In this document: positions 54,083 through 63,442 of the stretch, piece after piece
Position numbering within the stretch: the stretch's first letter is position 1
How the letters are laid out: each line of letters opens with the position of its first letter
Assembly (NCBI GenBank): GCA_963850825.1
Contig: CAWKOQ010000015.1
Coordinates: 406-64,405, forward strand
DNA from: an uncultured Gammaproteobacteria bacterium
GTDB taxonomy: Bacteria; Pseudomonadota; Gammaproteobacteria; Steroidobacterales; Woeseiaceae
Direction: 5' to 3'
DNA length: 64,000 bases
Position numbers and translations under genes: made by a program
The notes under the pieces: model-generated
Databases searched by the model: none
What the model was told of the DNA's origin: nothing
Seen by the model: the letters and a program-made list of their open reading frames with translations, nothing else

Positions 54083-55921
54083 ATGAATCTGAACGAAATC
54101 CCTTTTCGCGATGTGTCTTTCCCGTCAGCCGAGATGGATGTATCCAAGAGAGCTGATGGCACCCTAATCATACGGCCGACAGCCGAACTTGGGGACTACG
54201 TTCCAAACCTTCCGAAGATTTTGGCTGATCAGGCTGAGAAACGTGCCTCACAGCCGTACCTCAAGCAAAGAGATGCCGAGGACAATTGGGCTGAGGCAAG
54301 TTATGCCGACACCTTTCGTGACAGCAGCGCTGTCGCGGCATGGTTGATTGAACAAGGCTTCGATCACGATAGAACGCTGCTGATACTGTCGGGAAATTCG
54401 ATAATGCACGCAGTGTTCAAATACGGCGCCATGGCCGCACAGGTCCCCGTTTGTCCCGTCAGTATTAACTACGCATTGATGGGTGGCGATTACGCGCGAC
54501 TCAATCATGTCATCAATTTGTTGCGCCCGGCTGTCGTTTTCGCCGAGCAAACAGACGCGTTCAAGACTGCGCTGGAAGCCGTCGATTTCGGCGACGCCAT
54601 CATCGTCACGGCCGCACCGTCAGAGCTGAATCGCCCGGCTATCGCAATCGAGACAGTGCTGCAAACCACGGTCAGTGCCGCTGTAAAAGAATCCATTGAG
54701 TCGATCGACCCTGACGCGCCGTCCGTTCTAATGCTGACTTCCGGGTCAACCAGCTTGCCCAAAGCCGTCATCCAGACGCAACGCATGATAACCGCGAATC
54801 TTGCGCAAGGCTGCCAGGTCCTCGGTGAAACGGCGGGTTGGGATGACGTTATGCTGGATTGGCTGCCGTGGAACCACGTCTCCGGGGCGTTCACCAAGAT
54901 GGGGGTAATGATCAGCGGCGGCACCTTGTACATCGACGGCGGTCGACCGATTCCCGGTGAATTCGAGACAACGGTAAAGAATCTCAAAGATGTACCGGTT
55001 CGTTTCTTCACCAACGTGCCGGCCGGCTACGCGATGCTGGCTGACGCAATGGATACCGATCCCGAACTACGGCGTACATTTTTCAGCAAGCTGCGGCTCG
55101 CGCTGTATGGCGGCGCCGGTCTCCCTCAAAGCCTCTATGACCGCTTGCAGTCTATGGCCGTTGAGGAGACAGGTAAGCGAGTCTTTTTTACCACGGGTTA
55201 TGGCGCTACCGAAACATCATCCGGATGCATGGCAATCTATTTCGATAGCGAAGAAGTGGGTGTCGGCCTGCCTATGCCCGGACTAACAATCAAACTCATA
55301 CCGGCCGACGATCGCTACGAAATTCGCATGCAAGGCGCGATGACGACGCCCGGCTACGTCGGGCAGTCGGCTGACGACCTGTACGACGAAGACGGTTTTC
55401 TGCGCATCGGAGATTACGTAGATTTTATTGTGCCCGGTGACATCAGTCGGGGCCTTAAATTTGCGGGTCGAATCGCGGAGGAGTTCAAGTTAGCCAGCGG
55501 TACCTGGGTTTCGGGTGGACGCTTGCGTGCTCAACTAGTCCAGTCCTTGTCGCCGCTTGTCAGCGACGCGCTTATCTGCGGCATTAATGATGACTATGTT
55601 GGCGCATTAATGTGGCTCAATCGCGCGGTGGCCGAACGCACACTTGAAAGAGAGTTGCCGACGACGGCGGAAGGCCTCGCCAGCGACGCAGATCTGCGGG
55701 ACACCGTTCGACAAAAACTGTCCGATCACAATCGAGAAAACCCAGGCACCAGCACACGGCTCAAGCGTGTCGCATTTCTTATCGAATCGCCGAGTATTGA
55801 TGGCCAGGAAATATCCGACAAAGGCACCGTCAATCAATCGATTGCGCTGCGAAGGCGCGCCGCTGATGTTGCACGACTGTATGCAAAAGATCCGGACGAC
55901 TCAGTAATTATCCTGGAATAG
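54083..55921 (+). CDS. Adenylate-forming acyl-CoA synthetase (long, ~610-aa subtype)
   Basis: LTSGSTSLPKAVIQT and YGATE. Confidence 0.85.
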   Translation: MNLNEIPFRDVSFPSAEMDVSKRADGTLIIRPTAELGDYVPNLPKILADQAEKRASQPYLKQRDAEDNWAEASYADTFRDSSAVAAWLIEQGFDHDRTLLILSGNSIMHAVFKYGAMAAQVPVCPVSINYALMGGDYARLNHVINLLRPAVVFAEQTDAFKTALEAVDFGDAIIVTAAPSELNRPAIAIETVLQTTVSAAVKESIESIDPDAPSVLMLTSGSTSLPKAVIQTQRMITANLAQGCQVLGETAGWDDVMLDWLPWNHVSGAFTKMGVMISGGTLYIDGGRPIPGEFETTVKNLKDVPVRFFTNVPAGYAMLADAMDTDPELRRTFFSKLRLALYGGAGLPQSLYDRLQSMAVEETGKRVFFTTGYGATETSSGCMAIYFDSEEVGVGLPMPGLTIKLIPADDRYEIRMQGAMTTPGYVGQSADDLYDEDGFLRIGDYVDFIVPGDISRGLKFAGRIAEEFKLASGTWVSGGRLRAQLVQSLSPLVSDALICGINDDYVGALMWLNRAVAERTLERELPTTAEGLASDADLRDTVRQKLSDHNRENPGTSTRLKRVAFLIESPSIDGQEISDKGTVNQSIALRRRAADVARLYAKDPDDSVIILE

Positions 55922-55924
55922 AGC

Positions 55925-56422
55925 ATGCCCAGAACTTTTCCCAGCGCTGAACAAGTACGTGAACTCGACGAATTGGCCGAACATACCATCCCGCCAGACT
56001 GGCAGGATCAAAACGGACACGTGAATATCCAGTATTACCAAACTCTCTACGAAATTGGCGGCTGGCCGATGTTGGGGCGAGCCGGCGTTGACCTTGAATA
56101 TTTTGAAAACCGGCGCCTGGGCATCTTTGACCTGGAACATCACATCTACTACTTAAGCGAGCTGCACGTCGGCGAGCGCGTGACAATACACGGTCGGTTT
56201 CTAGCCAGGAATCGAAAGCGTATTCACGGCATGATATTTATCGTCAACGCCGACCGGGACGAGCTTGCCTGCACGCTCGAGTTTGTGGCAACCAGCACAA
56301 GTCTCAGCACTCGCCGCACGAACGAGTTCCCAGACGACATATTGGCTGGTCTTGATGAGCTGATGAGTGCGGAGAAAAACATTGAGTGGCCTGCTCCGGT
56401 ATGCGGAGCAATGGCAATCTAG
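55925..56422 (+). CDS. Hotdog-fold (4HBT-type) acyl-CoA thioesterase
   Basis: WQDQNGHVNIQYY...HIYYLSELHVGERV. Paralog of 8337-8846. Confidence 0.8.
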   Translation: MPRTFPSAEQVRELDELAEHTIPPDWQDQNGHVNIQYYQTLYEIGGWPMLGRAGVDLEYFENRRLGIFDLEHHIYYLSELHVGERVTIHGRFLARNRKRIHGMIFIVNADRDELACTLEFVATSTSLSTRRTNEFPDDILAGLDELMSAEKNIEWPAPVCGAMAI

Positions 56423-56438
56423 AGCAGCTCTGTTCGAG

Positions 56439-58058
56439 CTAGGATGAAAGCCGGGTTTTCTTGAGAAAAATACCCGCCGCTTCCGCATCCCAGGTATCGC
56501 TGGTGATGCCGTCATCGCGAATCGCATACTTCATTAGTTTGTTCGTTGCCGTCTTTGGCAGGGCGTCCATGATTCGGACGAAACGCGGCACCATGTAGTG
56601 CGGCATTAACGGAATGAGGTACTCGATCAGCTTTTGCGGATCGATGCTTTGGTCCGGTTTCGCAACCACGGCAACCAAAATGTCCTCATCACCCAACTCG
56701 CTGGGCATGCCGACAACTGCGGCCTCGGCAACTGCGTCGTAGCCGAGAACCTCGCTCTCTACCTCGAGCGACGAGACGTTTTCACCGCGCCGCCGAACTG
56801 CGTCCTTTAGCCGGTCGACAAAAAAGAAATTCCCGTCAGTGTCCTTGCGGACCAGATCACCGGTATGAAACCACCCGTTTCGCCACGCCGCGGCTGTCGC
56901 ATCGGGGCGATTCAAATAACCGAGACTGGTCTCCCACGGTTGATCTGTACGAACGACAAGCTCACCAATTTCGTCAGGTGCACATTCGTAGTCGTGCTCA
57001 TCGACAACGCGGCATTCGCAGCCGGTGCGCGGCTTGCCGCAGCTCCCTGCAATACCGCAATCCACTTCCGTTACCAACGGCACGGACAGCTCGCTCATGT
57101 TAAAACCGGAACAGAGGCTGAAGTCGTAACGTTTTGCAACCTGAATCGCCTGCTCATTGAGCATGCAGGTCAGCATACGCAGTGGATTATCCTTTTCATT
57201 CGGCTGTTCCGGCGCCTTGGCTAAGAATGCCGCCATGGACCCGATCAGACCCGACGTCGTGGTCGCGTTACTGTCTTTTATGCGCTTCCAAAAATCTCGT
57301 GTACTAAATCCGTCATACAACGCCATCGTTGCGCAATTCGTAATCGCCGCCATTGCTGGAGAGACTCCGCCGACATGAAACATTGGGAGGTCGATCAGAA
57401 TGCAATCGTCTTCAGTCATATAGCCGTAGGAGCCCTTGCCTACCGTCACCATTTGCAGGTACGGACAAAGCACGCCCTTTGATGGCCCGGTCGTACCAGA
57501 CGTAAAAATAACCATCTGCGGGTCCCAGACGTTGACGTCTGCCGGCTCAGCCATTTCGTTATCGAATGCCAATTGCGTTCCGCTTACCTCGATGTTGTCG
57601 CCAATACGCCCATCATTGCCACCAACGGCAAGCACCGTTTTCAGTTCAGACGTGTCAATTTCGTCGAGGCGCTCGATGAGTTGCGGATGTGCGAGCATTG
57701 TCCGGCTTTGAGTTTCGCGAATCACGTGCTCGAGGATTCGTCCGCGATAGTCGAGATTTAGCGGAACGAACACCGCGCCAATGTAATTCAGCGCGAACCA
57801 TGTACGCAAAATGTCGGGCCCATTCGGCAACCATGCGAGGACAAGGTCATTACGCTTTACACCAACGCTGGAAAGATAAGCTGCTGTCTGCTTCGTCAGA
57901 GTTAGTGCTTCTTCGTAGCTCCAACTCGTGCCATCCGCAAATTTGCAGCACACTCGAGACGGGGCAAGCCGAGCATTTCGCTCCAACATAAACGGCAACA
58001 CGGCGTTTTGCTGCGTCGGTCGTGACGTGTCAAACCAATACGGATGCGCTTCAGACAT
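56439..58058 (-). CDS. Adenylate-forming acyl-CoA synthetase (CaiC-like)
   Basis: FTSGTTGPSKGV. 539 aa. Confidence 0.9.
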   Translation of the reverse strand: MSEAHPYWFDTSRPTQQNAVLPFMLERNARLAPSRVCCKFADGTSWSYEEALTLTKQTAAYLSSVGVKRNDLVLAWLPNGPDILRTWFALNYIGAVFVPLNLDYRGRILEHVIRETQSRTMLAHPQLIERLDEIDTSELKTVLAVGGNDGRIGDNIEVSGTQLAFDNEMAEPADVNVWDPQMVIFTSGTTGPSKGVLCPYLQMVTVGKGSYGYMTEDDCILIDLPMFHVGGVSPAMAAITNCATMALYDGFSTRDFWKRIKDSNATTTSGLIGSMAAFLAKAPEQPNEKDNPLRMLTCMLNEQAIQVAKRYDFSLCSGFNMSELSVPLVTEVDCGIAGSCGKPRTGCECRVVDEHDYECAPDEIGELVVRTDQPWETSLGYLNRPDATAAAWRNGWFHTGDLVRKDTDGNFFFVDRLKDAVRRRGENVSSLEVESEVLGYDAVAEAAVVGMPSELGDEDILVAVVAKPDQSIDPQKLIEYLIPLMPHYMVPRFVRIMDALPKTATNKLMKYAIRDDGITSDTWDAEAAGIFLKKTRLSS

Positions 58059-58070
58059 GGTAGTCCCTAC

Positions 58071-58835
58071 TCAACGACCGGTCGACAATGACTCGGCATG
58101 TAGAAGCGCAGCCATCTTTTTTTCCAGGTTATGCGGATCGCGCGCAAGAGATGCACGCATTCCGACCGCCATTGCGTCGGTGTCCATTTCAGAGATCCTG
58201 GCTCTAATTGCCTTCATCCCTGCTTTGGCAACAACTGACGACGGCTCTTTTTGGCCAGCGACGTGTGCCGACATTCGAGTTTCAACGGAGCCCACGATGA
58301 GGGCGCCGACGTGTGTCCCCTGGCCTGCCAGTTCGGCACGAACGTTTGTCGTTAGCGCGCGCGCCGCAAACTTTGACGGGCTATAGCCGCCCATGTTCGG
58401 CACCGCGACGATTCCGGCTGCCGACAAGATATTGATGATCGACCCGCCACCGTTGCGTTTCAGAACTGGAGCGAACGCGCGACACATGGACAAGACGCCG
58501 AAATAGTTAACATCCATCTCCGAGCGGGCTGCCGACATGTCTTCCGCGCCAATAAGCGTTCGATCACCGTAAACACCGGCATTGTTGATCACAATACTGA
58601 CTTCATCGCACTGAGCCGCGGCGGCTTGAACATCTGCCTCATTGGTCACATCAAGTTGTACAGCAACTGCGCGCTCACCCAGTTCACTGCATAAGGATTC
58701 CGCTGCTTCGAGAGATCGAGAACCGATGAAAACCCGGCGGGCACCACAGTGCAACAATTCACGGACAAAGGCCTCGCCAATTCCACGATTGCCACCCGAT
58801 ACGATTGCTACGCTGTCCTCAATATCCATGTCCAA
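58071..58835 (-). CDS. SDR-family oxidoreductase
   Basis: VSGGNRGIGEAF and YSPSK. Confidence 0.9.
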   Translation of the reverse strand: MDMDIEDSVAIVSGGNRGIGEAFVRELLHCGARRVFIGSRSLEAAESLCSELGERAVAVQLDVTNEADVQAAAAQCDEVSIVINNAGVYGDRTLIGAEDMSAARSEMDVNYFGVLSMCRAFAPVLKRNGGGSIINILSAAGIVAVPNMGGYSPSKFAARALTTNVRAELAGQGTHVGALIVGSVETRMSAHVAGQKEPSSVVAKAGMKAIRARISEMDTDAMAVGMRASLARDPHNLEKKMAALLHAESLSTGR

Positions 58836-58847
58836 GTATCCTCTGTT

Positions 58848-58864
58848 AGTCTTGTTGTGAAAGT
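58848..58864 (-). promoter_or_regulatory. Operator-like 17-mer (14/17)
   Basis: + strand AGTCTTGTTGTGAAAGT, 12 nt upstream of SDR start 58835. Confidence 0.5.
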
Positions 58865-58969
58865 AACAGCCGGCCGTGCGCCGCGCAAGATTGTTTGACG
58901 CTAGTGGCGTTCGGAGGGATCAGCTGCTGTCGGGGCCCTCCCTCGTAGCCTGATTAGGCGAACCCTGAC

Positions 58970-59263
58970 TCAGGACAAACCGTCAACGAGCGATAGCTCG
59001 ACGTCTGCATTCGCCTTGCGCAACGCCTTCAATGGTTGGTACTCGGCATCTTCATACCATGCCATCGCGCTTTCCATGTCCGGGAACTCAATGACAACCA
59101 GTGCGGCCGGAAGTGGTTCGTCACCTTCCAAAGCCACCGCTTTCCCCCCTTGCGCAAGATAGCGACCGCCGTGTTTTTCGATTAGCGATTTTGTTGCAGC
59201 GCCATACTCTTTGAGCCAACTCCATTCTGTTGCATTAACGCGACTGACAACGTACGCGGACAT
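58970..59263 (-). CDS. DUF1330 domain protein
   Basis: 97 aa. …HGGRYLAQGG…VVIEFPDMESAMAWYEDAEYQ. Confidence 0.8.
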   Translation of the reverse strand: MSAYVVSRVNATEWSWLKEYGAATKSLIEKHGGRYLAQGGKAVALEGDEPLPAALVVIEFPDMESAMAWYEDAEYQPLKALRKANADVELSLVDGLS

Positions 59264-59287
59264 ACCATTCTCCTTCTAGTCTCACTG

Positions 59288-60277
59288 TTACTGAATTTCG
59301 TCCCGGATACGCAGGATAACCTTGCCTGTCGCGCGACGTTCGGACAAGGATGCGAATGCGCCGCGAAAATCCCCGAGCACGAAAGATTCGCTGACTACGG
59401 GATGCAATAAACCCTCGCCGTACAGAGCGAAAAGTTCGTCGAAATTACTGCTGTAGGTGTCCGCATATCGCTGCGCCCAGGCACCGAAGAACACGCCACA
59501 AATACTGCAGTTCTTGAGCAGCGGCAGATTCAAAGGCACACGCGGAATTTCTCCAGCTGCAAATCCAACCACCAGAAAGCGTCCATTCCATGCGATCGCA
59601 CGTAATGCCTGCTCGGAGGCGTCACCACCGACAGGATCGAACACCACGTCGGCACCCTTGCCATCGGTGAGCAACTTGGTCCGTTCTTTCAGCGAATCGC
59701 GATCGTATCGAATACTGTCATGGGCACCAACAGACTTTGCAACTGCAAGCTTACTGTCATCGGATGCGGCAGCAATAACCCTCGCACCCAATGCTCGTGA
59801 AATATCCACCGCCGCAAGGCCGACGCCTCCTGCCGCGCCCAATACGAGAACGGTTTCTCCCCTCCGAACGTCCCCACACTGCTTCAAGGCGTAGTATGCC
59901 GTGCCATAGGCGACACAAAATCCCGCCGCGACATCAAAACTCATACTATCCGGAATACGAATTAGCTCGGTTTCCTTCTTGAGTATTTTTTCGGCGAACG
60001 CACCAACGGAGCCAACCACCGCGACCCGATCACCTGGCTTGAAACCAGTGACATCCCGCCCGACCTCGCTGACGAACCCGGCCCCTTCACCGCCCGCCAC
60101 GAACGGTAAGTCTGGCTTAATCTGATACTTGCCGGCGACTATCAAAATGTCGGGGAAATTGAGTGCCGCGGCGACGACGTCGACCAGCACCTCGTCGTCA
60201 CCGGGAGCTGGGTCGGCGACTCCCTCTACCGACAAATTGTCGAATGAACCGAGTGAAGAGCAAACCAGTGCCCTCAT
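59288..60277 (-). CDS. NADPH:quinone-oxidoreductase-type medium-chain dehydrogenase/reductase
   Basis: MDR fold with LGAAGGVGLAAV. Confidence 0.9.
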   Translation of the reverse strand: MRALVCSSLGSFDNLSVEGVADPAPGDDEVLVDVVAAALNFPDILIVAGKYQIKPDLPFVAGGEGAGFVSEVGRDVTGFKPGDRVAVVGSVGAFAEKILKKETELIRIPDSMSFDVAAGFCVAYGTAYYALKQCGDVRRGETVLVLGAAGGVGLAAVDISRALGARVIAAASDDSKLAVAKSVGAHDSIRYDRDSLKERTKLLTDGKGADVVFDPVGGDASEQALRAIAWNGRFLVVGFAAGEIPRVPLNLPLLKNCSICGVFFGAWAQRYADTYSSNFDELFALYGEGLLHPVVSESFVLGDFRGAFASLSERRATGKVILRIRDEIQ

Positions 60278-61599
60278 TGCGAAGTCTCCCCTGAGGGGCG
60301 ATCTTCTTCATGAAGCATGAAAATGGCCGTTGCTCTTGATAGCAAGAATGCGGACAACGGCAAAAAAATGACGCCTAAAACAAGCATCGAATAATGAACA
60401 AGCAATTCGTTGCGGAATACGTGATCGGTCATCGCGCCCACCAACAGCGGCCCCATACCCAAACCGATAAGGTTGATGACAAACAAGTACAACGCAATTA
60501 TCTGTCCCCGATATTGGTTCGGCGTGACCTCGTGTAATGCCGCCGGAGCAACGCCGAATGGCAACGATATGAAGAACTGCGTGACCCCAATCAAGAGCAA
60601 CACCACCATTGGATTCGTGGCAATGGGATAGAGAATGGCCGGGAGTACTGCTGCAATAGCGGCAACCATGCCAACGCGAAGAACGGAAGCCCGACCAAAC
60701 GTTTGGCGCAGCCGCTGTGTCAATACGCTGCCGCACATGACGCCGGCAGGGGCCGCCAACAGGATTACGACGCCTAACTTCAGACTTGCCTCTGCGGCGG
60801 TCATCCCATGAACCCTCGCCAATAACGTTGGCGTCCAGGCGGACAGCGAGTAGCCGTACATGACAAGAAAGGAAAAGCCGATAAAGTGACTAAGATAGAG
60901 CCTGTTCCGAGCGCGGAAATACGCTCGAAACGCCGCGAACGTCGGCGCCGCATTGCCGAGTTCACGTCGCTTCGGCTCGCGCACGAATAACAACACGAAC
61001 ACACACAGCACGAGCCCCGGTAGCCCCACAGCAATAAACACCAGGCGCCAGGGGGCGGCCTCGCCAAACATTGGAATGTGGATTGCGCCTTCTCCACTCA
61101 CGAGGCCGATGACTATGCTCCCGAATATGAGCGCGGCGCCAACGCCGAAGTAGATTCCCGACGTATAAACGCTCATCGCGCGACCACGCTGCTCCGGTCG
61201 GAAATAGTCGGAAATCATCGAATAAGCAGCTGGAGAAAGTGTCGCCTCACCCAAGCCAACAATGACCCGAGCAAAAAATAACGTCATGAAGCCACCGGCC
61301 AGTCCGGACGCGGCAGTCGCCAGCCCCCATATGAAAACGCCGATGGCAATGAGTTTGGTGCGATTCCAGGAGTCTGCAAGACGCGCCAGAAACACACCGA
61401 CAAAGGTGTAGAAAACAGCGAAAGCCAATCCATGCAGGACGCCTATGGCCGTATCCGACAGATTGAGGTCTTCTTTTATGGGCGCAACGAGGAGCGCGAT
61501 GATCATGCGATCCACGAACGAAAAAATATAGAGAACCATCAAGACGACGACGACGAACCACGCGTAGCGCGTACCCGGCCAGTTGTCAGTTTGATTCAT
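60274..61599 (-). CDS. MFS transporter
   Basis: Motif A GVFLARLADSWNRTKLI and 12 TM segments. Start trimmed to 61599. Confidence 0.85.
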   Translation of the reverse strand: MNQTDNWPGTRYAWFVVVVLMVLYIFSFVDRMIIALLVAPIKEDLNLSDTAIGVLHGLAFAVFYTFVGVFLARLADSWNRTKLIAIGVFIWGLATAASGLAGGFMTLFFARVIVGLGEATLSPAAYSMISDYFRPEQRGRAMSVYTSGIYFGVGAALIFGSIVIGLVSGEGAIHIPMFGEAAPWRLVFIAVGLPGLVLCVFVLLFVREPKRRELGNAAPTFAAFRAYFRARNRLYLSHFIGFSFLVMYGYSLSAWTPTLLARVHGMTAAEASLKLGVVILLAAPAGVMCGSVLTQRLRQTFGRASVLRVGMVAAIAAVLPAILYPIATNPMVVLLLIGVTQFFISLPFGVAPAALHEVTPNQYRGQIIALYLFVINLIGLGMGPLLVGAMTDHVFRNELLVHYSMLVLGVIFLPLSAFLLSRATAIFMLHEEDRPSGETSQ

Positions 61600-61646
61600 T
61601 CGATCGCCTGATGGGTCGTCTTCCGGCCGAAACGTCAATTTGACTC

Positions 61647-61663
61647 ACTTTCGTAAATAGACC
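61647..61663 (+). promoter_or_regulatory. Operator-like 17-mer (14/17)
   Basis: ACTTTCGTAAATAGACC preceded by TTGACTC, 47 nt upstream of MFS start 61599. Confidence 0.6.
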
Positions 61664-61750
61664 CTCAAGACTACCCTCGTACCCCGCCAGTCGCAATTTG
61701 TCCAAACCATAGAGGCTAAATACATCAACACAATCGACGCAGAGTACCTT

Positions 61751-62545
61751 CTATTTCCAGGAACGAAATAGCGGAAAAAACAGCTGCCGCATAAAGGTCG
61801 CGCGCCGATCGCCGGCAATCCCGAACTCCGATGGATAACGCCGAGTTATCCGTGCAGTACCAAACATCACATCCCATAAGAACAAAAGATTGCCGTAATT
61901 GCCTTTGTAATTGGTAACGCCGTCCGCCGGGTCCATGCCGTGATGGGCATAGTGGGTTGATGGCGTTGAAATAACGCGCTCAACCACCCATGCAACTGGC
62001 GACAAGAATCGATGACGATAGAGGAAAGCATCCCAGGGAACTGCGCAGTGAGCACCGAAAATGACGAGCGCCTTTACTAACGAATAGACGACGAAGACGG
62101 CGCCAAATCCAAGGTAGATCAAAATTGCTGAGATCCAGATCGTCGGCATGAATATGAAATACAAGAGGCTGTTTCGATAGGCAATGCGCACACTAATGTA
62201 GCGAGGCTCGTGATGTGCACGATGAAAATTGAAAAGAAAAGGAACGGAGTGCGACAGACGGTGCCACCAGTATTGCGTCATGTCGTCACCAATCAGGAGT
62301 ATGAGCACCATCGCCCAAACAGGGAGGTGGCCCCACGCCCCTTGCAAGTCGGGCACTAGCCAGCCCATTAATGCGTAGGTTACCAAGACTATTGTTGGAA
62401 CAACCAGAAGCGGAACGCTTAACGTAGTGAAAATCTCGACGACACGGTCGTCGACCGTTGCCGTCATCTTTTTGAAGCGCCCGCGAAAAAATTCCAGTGA
62501 CATCAGGCCAACAAACATCAGGGCGACGATTACTGTGCTGTTCAT
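61751..62545 (-). CDS. Fatty-acid hydroxylase / sterol desaturase family membrane di-iron enzyme
   Basis: His boxes HRLSH, HRAHH and HYAHHG. Confidence 0.85.
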   Translation of the reverse strand: MNSTVIVALMFVGLMSLEFFRGRFKKMTATVDDRVVEIFTTLSVPLLVVPTIVLVTYALMGWLVPDLQGAWGHLPVWAMVLILLIGDDMTQYWWHRLSHSVPFLFNFHRAHHEPRYISVRIAYRNSLLYFIFMPTIWISAILIYLGFGAVFVVYSLVKALVIFGAHCAVPWDAFLYRHRFLSPVAWVVERVISTPSTHYAHHGMDPADGVTNYKGNYGNLLFLWDVMFGTARITRRYPSEFGIAGDRRATFMRQLFFPLFRSWK

Positions 62546-62554
62546 CGAAGCAGG

Positions 62555-63397
62555 CTATTCGTCCGGGCCGCGGGAGGTATGTTCGTGAATAATCTTCCAG
62601 GTCCCCGCATTCGTTTTTTGCCAGACATGAGTGAATGCTCCGCGAACTGTCTCGCTCGGAAATCGGTGCTCGAACAAGCCACGCGAGATAGCGGTACCCG
62701 GCGCGATCTGACGGATGCCCACCTGGTCAGTTTCGAAGTCTCCCATCGCTTCTTCCGTCGTCCACGACGACGTAAAAAAATCGATGAGTTCCTGCTTGCT
62801 GGCGACGATTTGATTCTGAAACAGCAATGACATCTCGACGTCTCCGCTGTAAGCATCCAGGTACAGGGCCATCTCGCCAGCGTTCCAGTCCGTCGACAGT
62901 TTTTTTGTCAACTCAAGAATCTCGTTACCGACAGTGGACGCCGCTTCGGGTGGGCTTAGCGCGGCGGCCAACGATGCCTTGTCATAGTACTCACGCCACT
63001 CGTTGATCTTTCCGTTTGATATTTCCATCACACCAACGACTGGAACCCGCGAGTGTCTGCCCTTGTAGACGAAATCATCGACCCGCTCGAACATGACAAC
63101 GTCGTTAACGATCCCCTTGTTGCGGATCTGTAATTCGATGCGATCGAGATTCTGCACCAACGGCAGCAGCCTGTCCCGAATCGCCTGCTTACCAACAACC
63201 GGCTCGATCATCACACTGTGCAGGACGCCGTCGTCTGCGAACAAATCAAACGCGCGATCCCATTCCATCGTGTTCCAGGCATTGATCATGTCGTCGGCAA
63301 CTGCAAGACGTTCCGCGTCCTCCTGTGCCGTCTCTTTCGAGCAGGCAATCATTCCGCTGCAAATTACCAACAATAATATGATCGCAATTCTCATCAC
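62555..63397 (-). CDS. Lipoprotein with two NTF2-like (SnoaL/DUF4440-type) domains
   Basis: Lipobox …CSGMIACSKE. There are two ~120-aa halves, each with an NTF2-like pattern. Confidence 0.65.
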   Translation of the reverse strand: MMRIAIILLLVICSGMIACSKETAQEDAERLAVADDMINAWNTMEWDRAFDLFADDGVLHSVMIEPVVGKQAIRDRLLPLVQNLDRIELQIRNKGIVNDVVMFERVDDFVYKGRHSRVPVVGVMEISNGKINEWREYYDKASLAAALSPPEAASTVGNEILELTKKLSTDWNAGEMALYLDAYSGDVEMSLLFQNQIVASKQELIDFFTSSWTTEEAMGDFETDQVGIRQIAPGTAISRGLFEHRFPSETVRGAFTHVWQKTNAGTWKIIHEHTSRGPDE

Positions 63398-63442
63398 TCA
63401 CCCCTCGCATCGAAGCAACGTCGGCGGGCAGCCTATCGTTTG

